Positions 53,251 through 64,000 of a DNA stretch of 64,000 bases are shown here, piece after piece. The position numbers and the translations under genes are program-made. Each line of letters opens with the position of its first letter. The first letter of the stretch is position 1. The stretch covers positions 88,290,001 through 88,354,000 of the forward strand of contig NC_045697.1 of NCBI RefSeq assembly GCF_009834535.1, given 5' to 3'. The DNA is from Camelus ferus. Taxonomy: Eukaryota. The notes below the pieces were generated by a model. It searched no databases, had not been told where the DNA came from, and saw nothing but the letters and a program-made list of their open reading frames with translations.

Positions 53251-56224
53251 GGTTTAGGAAATAAGAGTAATTATGGAACAACTTAGATAAAGAGAGTCAA
53301 GTTTTCCCAGAACCCCAGATAACAATCAAGCCTCATATTATATGCTTTCTTATCATCCTGTGTCCCTCCTTCTTACCACTTACCCAAGCTGCATTTTTAC
53401 ACTAATTTTTGTGATTATTTGTTCAATGTATTTCCCCCCACTTAACTCAATGTCCTGTTTGGCTCACCACTTTAGTCCTAATATCTGGACATCAGCACAC
53501 ATCCGGCACAAAGCAGGAGCTGAATATTTAAGAAATGAGTAAGTCAATGAATAGAAATGCTAATTTCTGTATGCTGGACTGAACAGAGGAAGGTAAGTGA
53601 GGGACATGCCGGTGAAAAGATATATGTTGATCACAGTGAAGAGAAAGGCTACTGATGCAGCTTTTATTGCTATCATATTAGACATGAGCATTGGTAGTCA
53701 TGTAAGTAAATAAAATCACTGAAGGAGTACATACAGAGGGAGAAGATCTAAGAAAGCTTTGTTGGACAAACACCCAGAAAGAACCGAGAGGAGTGGCGAC
53801 CAAAGAATACAGTCAGACAGGGGCTTCTGAAAGGACAAGTACACATAATGAAAAAAGTTCTAAAATCCATCACCTAAGGCTAAAGATAGACTGAGCAATG
53901 GATTCAGAAGCTATTATGCATAAACAGCTTTCTGTGACTACACAGACGCAGAAGTCAGACTTCAGGAAGTGAAGAGGAAGATGGAGTGACAGGGAAGAAG
54001 TGGCAGCACCTGTGTATACAAATTCAAGGTAATATGACAGTAATTTGGGGGGCACATACAATTATAGTGTTTCTTAACTCAGAGAGATAGAAAACATGTT
54101 CAAGTTTGAAAATGCCCACAGGAGCCAGGCTGGCATATGTCAACAGATAAAGTGGTCCTGGTATAGAATGACAGAGACCAGAGGAAACTGAGTCAAATTA
54201 GACTAAGAAGGCCCCATATAAAGACAGCAGCTGACTCGGCACCACCAGATTACTGCTTCAAAGGAATGAGAACGTAGTATCATCAAATTTTTCCATTTTT
54301 TCCAAGAAAACCCCCAAATATGGATAGGTGTGTGAAATTTCCTGTACTGGATAAAAAATATATTCAACCTGTAGAGTACCCAAAAAAAAAACTGAGTTAT
54401 CAAGAAGTAAATAAAAGAATGGCCAAGCAGAATTAAGAATGTGGCTGATCTTAAACAGTGTGAATACAGAACAAAATGTTATGCCACTAGAGTAGAAGTG
54501 ATTAAATGCTGAGGACTGGCTCGGCAAATGATAAAAGTACCAGGAACCAAAGGAAGCAACACTTAGACATGAAGTACGAAAGAGAGAGAGCCTATCTAGG
54601 GTAGAAAGGAAAGATTTTAGGAAGGGAAAGTGGGATGGTTTGAATGAATGGAAGTTCATATCAAAGTCAAAATAACATAGTTAAGAGTTGGAAAACAGAC
54701 AATTCAGTGAAAAGTGACACTCTTACACTAAAAGAAATGTATAATTTTGACTATAAAAATTACACTGATTCATTTATTTTATTCAAAATGTGAACAGTAA
54801 AGACATGTTTGCAAGACCTTTTAATCTGACAATATTTAAGAATAGATAATGACAATTATCTTAAATAGTTTTAATGATACAAGACAAATAATGGGAATAT
54901 TTTGCCTTGAAAATACTCCACAACTGAGGGTAAGTAGGAGGCACAAGTTTCAGTCCCATTCTGTTCTTTGCCCTTTTGTTGAGTCTGCCAAAAATACTTG
55001 GAGCCAGCTGAGACAGAAGTAGACATCTGGCCACTTAAAACTATCTGGACCAATGCCATATTTATGCATGCTAAAGAGCAGACAACAGGCGAATAAATTA
55101 ATAATCACTATACAAGTCTGGCCTGCGTTTAAAACTGACCTAAACAATATAACATTTCAATTTCCTTTCTTACGCAAGAATTTCAGCTGTTCTTCTGTCG
55201 GATTCAAAGATATCCTAGATAGGTAAGTAGCACTATTCACTCATTCAAATGATAATCATTTTGCACTTACTATATGCAAAGTGCTGTTCAAAGCACTATA
55301 GTAAACATAAAGTATTAATCAGTCATAAATAATGTCATGAAGAAGAATATGCCTAATAGAGGAAACAACAGAACGTGTCTGCATAAATAATTACAAAAGA
55401 AGTTAAAAATCTAAAGAGCTACAAATAAAAAACTATGAAATGTTCAAGGAGGAGGAGCTAAAAAGATTAGAAAGAAAATTCCACCATTTAAGGATCCCTG
55501 TTCGACATTAGAAAAAAAGTCAGAATTCAGTCTTCCAGCTCCCAATACTTTTCTAAAAAGCCATTGTTCCCTCTCACCACTAACACAACTTTTCTGTTAC
55601 ATTCTCAAAGTTTAGAGTCATTCATACTTAATTCATCACAATTTTACTCCATTTACACTTAATTTGTGGTACCCCTGAAGATGTTCAATTAAGTCCTGTC
55701 AACATACACAAAACAAAATCTTTTTACTCTACCTGAAAAAACTGATATCACACATAGAAAACTCACATCTGGCCTTGCAGACTGTCAACCAGAAACAAAA
55801 GAGAATGATGTCCATCAGGAACATAGATTTGTATTCCCACTCCACATCCACCTAAATCTCCAAAAAGACCCTTGGGGGTTCAAGGACCATGACAGTCCAG
55901 TTCAGAAATAAGCTGCTGGTTGAATAAAACAACCATCTTCAGCTGTGCTTCTAAACCAGTCACAGGATCTAAAACCACTAGCCCCTCCCTCATTCCCTAA
56001 CATAGATGCCTTGATCCTTCTGTCAAAAATAACTGGAATTTGTTTTACAATTATAAGGCTATTAGCAAACTCTAACTCTAGAAAAGACAATTCAACACAA
56101 AACACAAAATTTTGCAATAAAAGCCTGAAGCGGGAGGCAGAAAGAAAAAAATCAGCCTTTGGTTCTCAAAATAAGTAAAAATATAATTGTCATCAACTTA
56201 TTTCCACCAACAGAAATGGAAAAA

Positions 56225-56338
56225 ATATATATTCATATACATATATGTGTGTATATATACATTTATATATGTAATATACATTTTTATATATTATATGTAA
56301 TATATATTTTTATATATATAGAATATATGTATATATTC
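56225..56338. repeat. Degenerate (TA)n low-complexity tract
   Basis: Directly visible AT-alternating sequence. Confidence 0.9.
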
Positions 56339-58737
56339 TAAACGTAGTAACAATAGCTTTGCACTTTAACCAGTTAAGAAAGAAAAAGGGAAAAGAACAA
56401 AAATTAGAAATTAATGTGACTTCATTCATAATTCCCTATAGCAGGTGATATAATTAATTGCATTAGCAGTAAAATGTTCATATGTTGCTTGAACACTATA
56501 ACAAGTATTCACCCGAAGTGTTACTTCTCTTTACAGAAATGAGATAAATATTAGTGTGATAACTTAAAGCTCCATGAAGACAGGGTATTTTGTCTGTTCT
56601 AGTCACTGATTTATCTACAGCTGAATTCTAACCTAACACACAGTCAGTTCTCAATAAATATCTCCAGCTGAACTATGCTTAAACACAAAAGGCTCTCAAT
56701 AAACATTTGCTGTAGGAATGAATGAATGAATGAACATCAAAACATTTCTTGACAACTAAATCTCAGAATCAACAGAGTATACTCTACCACATCAGAAGGG
56801 AGAGAAAGTACAATATTTAACTAGATTAACATGAAGTTCCTTTCAGTCTTTTTTAATTACCATGAAGAAAATATGATTTCAAAAAACTGGTAATTAAGTT
56901 ACCACTTAGCTATATGACTTCATGTAAGAAGTTAGCTTGTGGTACTACATATTGTATATAGTATCATTAAGGGTAAAAAAAATAAGGATAAAAATTCGGA
57001 AGTATAACTGAAAAAATTAGATAAAAAGCATTAACTACTGAATCACTCTGAAATTTCTCCAACTTTGTAGATCTTTGAAGAACTAAGATTTTTCTTTATC
57101 AATTTTCTATTTCTGTCCAATTGTTTCACACATGAATATATGAAGCCATCAATATTATCAAGTGTTAGATGTTAAGAAAGTAAAGATAGACAAACTGGTT
57201 TGGGAGGATTTTTTTGGCCAAAAATGAAAAAAAAAAAAAACTTCTCTTTGTTTATATTTCATCTCCCATCATGTTATAATTAACTACTTTCATTTCTGTC
57301 TCCCTCAAAATGTTGTTAACGCCTTGAAAATAATTTTTTTGCTCCATTGTCTACTTGTTCAATTACACCCATCCCAACCTAAATAAAATATAATCCTATA
57401 AAAATTCTCTAAAGTCCTTCTCTAACAAGTCAACCAATCACTAACAGAACCTTCAATAAAATCCTATTTGTTCAAAAGCAGGGGCCTTGATCATCTAATG
57501 CCATAGACTATGTAAAAATATTTCTTTTTAACTTTCATGTTCTCATGTCTGCATTTGACAGTCTTAAAGGAAATGTATCTCTGTGAAGTATCAGAAACAG
57601 TTGTTCCAGTACCAAAGTTACCTAATTTACTTAATGATTCATTCTCCAGGAAAAAAGGAAGTGACCTAGGTTTTTGAAAGATCCAGTAGAAGATTAAGTT
57701 AAGGGCACCAAAATGGTCAACTAGAAAGACTAGGTTTTCCCTACCCAAGTACAGACTGGGAATACAAAATGATTAGCTCCTTCTGTCAATCAGAAAATCA
57801 GTACTGGTGTGATTTTACACACAGCTCTATTTGCTTCTTATTTCCCTTCAATTAGTAACTAAAATTCACACAGGAAAAAGAAACATGTAAAAACCATCTG
57901 AGTAGAAGGATCTTTTTCAAGAAAATCTCTGATACTATAGAGTAAGATTTGCTCAAAATCAGAATATATCAAAAATAAGGTTAGCAGACTTGATTGTAAA
58001 TATTGAAAGGTATTAGAAATTTACACACTAATTCCAATCAAATTAATTGCATAATTACATAATTTAGTTAGACTAAGTTCAACTTAGACTAAACTCTCTG
58101 AAACATTTTCTAAGGTGTCAATAAATTCATAGTTTATGAAACTACTTATAAGAAATGAAAATTCAACTCTCCACCTAGTGATAGTATCCCCAGAAAAAGT
58201 AGTAAGTCAAGAGGAAAAGAGTTATATACAGAGACCTAAGTCTCTTAAAAGGAAAGTTTCCTATTAAAGACTACATTATTGATTTCATATACAGTGATTC
58301 CATATTGAACACTGTCCATCAAACCTGGCATCTCATATTTGTGACAGAGGCATCACCTAACAGATTTCCTCATTAATTTAAGAGTGATATAACAGTTTTA
58401 ACTCTAATTTTGATGGCTAACATCAGAAGATAACAGATTTGCCCTGATTTTTATTGGACGGCACTTACACATTAAAAAGTCTGCAAGAAATATAACACCT
58501 CTCAAATTAAGTTTCTTCAGTGCTTCACATTCTGTTATTAAACAAGTAAAAGACATATTTTCAATCCATATCCCTGTAATACAAGGCTTAAATTTTATTT
58601 CCTTCAACATTCAAAGTAAACAGGTGTATTCACAACCACAGATTTTACCCAAATATACAGCAGTACTAAAAAAAAAAAAAAAAAAAAAACCTTTAATTTT
58701 TGCATAGAAACTGAAACACTGACATTCTTACTGTTAC

Positions 58738-59249
58738 CTTTTAAATGCTTCAGCTGGGTTTCTCTCACATTCCCCGGGCTGTAGGAGGCTTTGAACTGCT
58801 GGATCCCTTAGCTTGTCCTCATATCCTTGGAGTAGTCCACTGCGGCAAATCTGGGCAACCAGACCTCTAACAAACCCTCCGACACACAAAGTATCAGAGT
58901 CCTGGGCCTTGCAGAAATGAAAGGCCAAAGCCTGGCGATGCAGACCTCTCTGCAAGCTTGTAGGTGAACTTGGCCACAAGAGCTCAGTGCATAGGGCTGT
59001 CTTGCCACTGCCAGGCCCTCCTACCAATAACACACCCCAGGCAGCTCCTTTTCCAGAGACAACACTAGCATTATTCCCAGAATTCATGACAAGGGGTGGT
59101 GTGTTGACAGCACTGTTGCAGCAGTTAGTTTTCTCCTGGAGGCAATGCTGAAGCTTGTGGAAAACCCACTCCCTACAGTAAAACTGCTTCCCCTGCAGTA
59201 AACTCGTTTGAGCCATTTTGCAGACTTTCTCTTCCCAAGGATTAGTCAT
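58738..59249 (-). CDS. ANKRD50: ANKRD50 coding exon (exon 2 CDS part, aa 1-171), contains Walker A GGPGSGKT
   Basis: [33 protein letters not shown]...AEAFKR recognised as the ANKRD50 N-terminus. ATG has A at -3. Donor AAAG|GTAACA after 58738. 512 nt, phase 2. Confidence 0.96.
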
Positions 59250-60009
59250 AATAGGTTTCTTATCTTCAACATGTGCTAGAATCTGGATACGTCAACACAG
59301 GTGTTTACATCCATTAGGACATAACTTGCATATTAAGTTTACTTTGAATGACAGAATAACCAGTTACAGTAAAATTCAACCACAGAGTCCATCTGCCAAC
59401 AGAATATGCACGACTTTATTTGGCTCTTTATTCTTGATAATCAGCACAGAATATATTAGTTATATTAGCTGTTGAACTGGTGGAAAACTGCCTGGTTCCG
59501 AACCTTGGCAACACTTTTCCTATATCTTGATGGGTCGCATAACTCCATGGTTACATCTGGAGTTTATGTGACTGTGGATGTTTCAAGTATGCAGATGAGA
59601 CAATACATCTGGAAAACTAGAGAGAAAGCCCAATCTTTCAACTCGTACAAAATGCTTCTCCAGATTCCATGTGTTAACTCTGTATCTGAAAATTAGATGC
59701 AGAAAACGTGTCCATTATAGTAAATGCTATCAAAGAGATGACATTTATACAGTAGATTGTTAGTGCTGTACTTCCTGTTGAAGGATAGTCACTCAGAGCA
59801 GTAGACCCACCAGCTTTAGGCATATGGGCAACTGGCAAGGAGGGAACTATTTCAGATTATGGTCTCTTATGTGGCAAAAATGGCCAACCACTGTTAAAAC
59901 CTTCTTATTTCAAAGCATTCATAAAATGCATTTTTCAAAATAGATTCTTAATGAATCTGTTCACAGGTTTCTCTAAGATGTCCAGGTAATCAACTATTTC
60001 CCCAAGCAA
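59250..60009 (-). other. ANKRD50: ANKRD50 exon 2 5'-UTR portion (760 nt, uORF-rich)
   Basis: Strong acceptor TTTTTGTTTATTTTAG|TTG at 60010/60009. No recognisable repeat between it and the ATG. Alternative internal acceptors at ~59616 and 59608 are possible. Confidence 0.7.
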
Positions 60010-61171
60010 CTAAAATAAACAAAAATAGCTTAGTGCAAAATATCACGTTAAAAGCCTTCTTATCAAAGAATACAATTTACCAGTTAAAGCTATCTCAAAA
60101 ATCCATATATTTCATCTCTGGCACTTTCAAAAAGTTGGACAACTACCCGAAAATCTTAGTTACATTTTCCTTCCTGTATTTCTCTTCCTCTGTAGTTAGG
60201 CATCCCAAACAGCTACATTTTAATCAAGTTACCCAAGGTTTTTGAAACCTCACTGTAGAAACGAGAAAAAAAGACTTTATGCACACGCAGCAACATCCTT
60301 AACCCTAGCCAAAAAGGTCTTTCCGACTAGCTTGGTGGAAGAGCACCAGTTAGGGAGGCTCTATTAATCTGCACAGACCAGCCAGGACTGTTTACTCAAC
60401 TGGCCACGCTTCTTTGTTGATAGTTTGCAAAATCTAGGGGGTGATAATCAGGGTTGTGGCTGCATGGGAATGGGTTAAAAAGAAAAAAAGGGGACGAGGG
60501 GGATGAGCTTACATGAATGATACATTCAAACACAAGTACAACGTGAATCTTTCCTTCCTCTGCGCCAAAGATGAAGGTTTCGGATGGGGGTGAGGAATGA
60601 AATCTACTACTATGGCCAGAGAAAAGGCTGCCGGGGAGAATTCCTTCCAGGCAGGAAAGGGATGAGGAGCAGAGGGCTGCAGGGCTGGTGGGTGTTTGCC
60701 TACAGTTCCGGCCTCCAGTTTCAGCTGATAGACAAAAGGAACTCCGGGATTCCCAGCGACGGGAACCACCTTCGGTTTCAGCAGCCCCAAGGAGCCACAG
60801 GGGGGCCACCTCGGAGAGGCCACGGACCGAGGTGCAGCCTCCACACTGAGATCTTCCCTTCCAGAAGGCTGGGAACGCCTCGACAGCCCGCCCCGCCCGA
60901 GGCTGGGGTGTGTCTTTTGAAGGGGGAGGGGGTGCCCGACGTCCTTGCCAATCCTTGATGAGGGGTCGACTCGGGTGGGTGTCCAGCTCCGCGCCCCCAC
61001 CCCGAGCGCCGCTCCCGCCCCCACCTGGACCACGGCGGAACGACCGGAGAAGTCGGGTCTGGGGCCCGAGGCTGGAAGGGTGGGTGGGTCAGGTCGGAGC
61101 CCCAGACACAGCCCCCGAGATTCCGACCTGAGGGTGGGGCCTCGCTTCCACCGCCGCCGCCCCTCGGTTAC

Positions 61172-61440
61172 CTCGGCCCCGGCCGCCGCCGCCGCCGCTG
61201 CGGGCTCTCAGTCTCAGACACTTGCTTCGCTGAGAAGCCGCCGCCGCCGCCGCCGCCAGCGCTCCCGAACTCCAACTGCAGCCGCCTCCTCCGCCCGGCC
61301 CAGAGCACGCTCCCAGTTCCAGATCCTCCTCTTGGCCCCCGGCAACTGCCAGGTCCAGCTGCCCCAGCAGCCTCGGCAGTGCTCCTCCCAACCCCCACTG
61401 GCCAACCGCCGCCGCCGCCGCCGCCGTCAGGGCAGTGACT
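61172..61440 (-). other. ANKRD50: ANKRD50 exon 1 (non-coding 5' UTR); 5' end approximate
   Basis: Donor GAG|GTAACC at 61172/61171 inside the CpG island, downstream of a GC-box cluster. TSS position inferred, not visible. Confidence 0.7.
61181..61426 (-). repeat. Three short (GGC)6-7 trinucleotide tracts in exon 1
   Basis: (GCC)n runs on + at ~61181-61198, ~61237-61256 and ~61406-61426. Confidence 0.9.
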
Positions 61441-64000
61441 GTCTCAGGCAGCCCTGGACACGGCCGGCTCCGCCCCGCCCCGCGGCCCCGCCCTCCCGGT
61501 CCAAGCCCCGCCCCCGCCCGGCTGCTCGGCCTTTCTTCGGCCGCCGGCTCCGCCCCTCCTCCCCTCCCCCACCGCGCCGTCCCGTCGCCGCCCGTGCCTG
61601 GGCGTGTGCGGCCGCCTGGGACCCGCTGCTTGCGCTGCGGGGAGACCTTTCTAGGGGCGGAGAAGGGGGCGGGGGCTGCGTTCTCACGTCCCCGAGCTCA
61701 CGCGAGTCGCTGCCCCCACCCACCCCGTCACCACTCGGCCCCGAGCCTTTCTTTGTCTTCCAGGCCGGAGGGACTCGCTGGCTTTTGGGGCGTTATCCGC
61801 TGCTAGGAGGGACAGTTGAGCTGGGAGAGTTGCCCCTTGCCACTCCCTTAACCCTCTTGCTCCAGAAGGCCACTCCTCAGTCATCCGGGTCCCCTTTCAG
61901 TCTGTGAAATTCCGGTGATGCTTTTACTTTCTCAGCCTGGGACTAAGAAGCAAGTAAGGACCGGGAAGAATGTTGTAAAACTAAAAATAGTAGGGGTCTG
62001 GGGTGATATTCCCACCTGCCTCATGAAAAGGATTTGGCTTCCGCCAGATAGAGGTTGAAAGCAATTAAGCTTGGATCTCAGACCCCTGCCCTTTTGGACC
62101 GTTTGATGACCCGCAGAGGTCACTATTGGGGTGGAGGTCAGGATGCAGAATGAGATGAACTGCCCTAGAGGGCCTGACGGCGGGGCAGTTTCTTTTGAAC
62201 TAGACGAGCGAGTTGTTTGCATTCACGTGGACTTGGGTTATTTAGATTCCAAAACGCTGCTGGGAAAGTACTGTCAACTGTTGGAGTAGAAATGTGTCTT
62301 TATTATTTTATTATTTATGCTAAGACCACGAGCTCCTCTCCATTCTCTGTTAATTTAAATGTGTTTATTTCTTAAATGTTAAGCCAGTGTCCTGTTTTTA
62401 GGGATTTCGAAGTGTAGGTATCACCCTTAACTAGAAAAATGTATTGTGCTTGTGCTTACTCTTCCGTTCTGTTTGCTCCAAGCCTATCCGTGGCATTTGA
62501 GGTTTGTTGATCTTAATATTTAACTTTAATGCGTTTGCTGAGAGTTCTGAGGTTCTTTTCCAAAACACAAGCAAAACAGGAAAAGTATAAATTCCCCAGA
62601 AATGGAGTGATGAAAATTGATTTTTAAAAAGCTACACTTTTGATACACGTTGGCTTAAGCAATTTTCATTACCACTTAGCTTGTTTGCCATACATTATAG
62701 TCGTTGGAAAAGTTGACTCCTTCGGTATCATGGTTGTAAAATTACATGTCTAGAGAAAATTTTAAGTAAGAAATAGGTACATCGTGTTATCATTTCCATT
62801 AAACTATTTGCTAATACAATAATTTAAGTAATTTCTGCCCAATAGGGAGAGGAGCTACAGAAACTTTTGGTTTATTGAGCCTATTTTTTTTATGACTAAC
62901 CACCATGGAATGCTGTTTTAAATAACTTCAGGAATAAGTAACCTGTAATTAATGTTCAGAAATTTAGACTTTCTTTTTTACTTTAAAGTTTATTTCACAT
63001 TTCATTTTTATGGCTTTCAGCTTTCCCTAAAAGAAAAACTGTTGAAAAGCAGGGACTGTGCCCTACACACCCTCGTAGGTATGTAGTAAGATTCCCTGCC
63101 TGTGAAACATGTCTGTTCTTTCATGTCACAATCACTTACTTAGAAACTTCCTATACATATGGTATTATGTTGAGCATAGTGGCAGGTTATAAAGACGAAT
63201 GGGCACAATTTCTTCAAATTGGAGAGGCTGTTGCAGGGCAAGGGAAACCTGGGACTGCTCTAGCCATTCTTTCAAGTATCCATTTATCTCACCAATTTTT
63301 TATATGAAGCAATGGTGGTTTTTAAGCTCTTTCCAGCTCTTCTTGACTGAATTGCTGTGTCTCTCACCAAAAAGTCTGAAATCTCCACTGTTAAAAAATA
63401 TATATTACATATGGCTTAGTGGGCTTATTTTTTTTACCAAACCAGGACATATTTGAGAACTGAGACAATAAAAACAATTAAATTTGTATAATTCTTAGAT
63501 GTGCTTATTTATTGACTGAAAACTTGGTTCGATTATATTTGGTAGAGATATTAAATAGTTCTATTTAAACATTATTTTTAAAAAATAACAATAACACATA
63601 TATTAAAACATAAATATATCTTTATTTACTGAATTTTGCAAAACATCTTTTTATCAATTAACTGAATGTTAAAAATGGCATAAGCAGAGTACTTACTCTT
63701 GGTACATTTTCACGTACTTTAATCAATTTCTTAGCATATTTTCTCCACCAACAATACTGATATTTTTCTAAAGAATGCATGTGCTTAAATATGATTTTCC
63801 TTATTTTTAATTCGTTCATAAAATTGCCTGAAATCTTCATCATGGTTGCATAAACTTGAAAAGATTGGCACCTTCAACTATGCTTATCTATAGACCATAA
63901 TATTTTTAATTGAAAATTTTTTTCTGTAAGTCCTATGGAACCTAGTAAATTCAAAGCAAACTCTAATAAAGAATATAATAAATATATTTTTCTAAAATAT

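Larger units (their letters stand above)
60700..61900. promoter_or_regulatory. CpG island / ANKRD50 promoter with Sp/KLF GC boxes
   Basis: Very high GC and CpG density against an AT-rich, CpG-poor background. Repeated CCGCCC (GGGCGG on -) at ~61470-61560. No obvious TATA box. Confidence 0.92.

Noticed and set aside
60945..61907. 320-aa + strand ORF and other ORFs across the CpG island
   Set aside because: Low-complexity Pro/Arg/Ala translation expected from stop-poor GC-rich DNA. Non-ATG start and no recognisable domain.
1..64000. CRISPR array, operon or prokaryotic defence-type system
   Set aside because: The DNA is mammalian. No regularly spaced repeats or gene cluster seen; the only long periodicity is the ankyrin array.

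Overview
AT-rich mammalian genomic DNA, probably camelid (inferred from two tRNA-derived vic-type SINEs and young L1 3' ends). It contains one complete protein-coding gene, ANKRD50, on the minus strand. The gene has a CpG-island promoter (~60.7-61.9 kb), non-coding exon 1 (~61440-61172), exon 2 (60009-58738, ATG at 59249), exon 3 (36570-36341), exon 4 (30751-27201, stop at 27204) and a purely 3'-UTR exon 5 (25663-~22200). All coding splice junctions are GT-AG and in phase, giving 4290 nt, i.e. 1429 aa plus stop: an N-terminal NACHT/STAND-like P-loop, ankyrin repeats, a Ser-rich tail and a C-terminal ETPL. The rest is intron and intergenic DNA rich in L1, L2, MIR, LTR and hAT relics. I found no novel multi-gene system. 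The most interesting signals are post-transcriptional: a 760-nt exon-2 leader with about 17 upstream ATGs, including a chain of stop/start-coupled uORFs ending in an ATGA overlap with the main start; a strong-Kozak 27-aa uORF; a possible exon-2 skip that would remove both the uORFs and the Walker A motif; an intron 3 nt after the stop codon; and Roquin CDE-like hairpins. Repeat family names and boundaries are from recognition by eye and are approximate.
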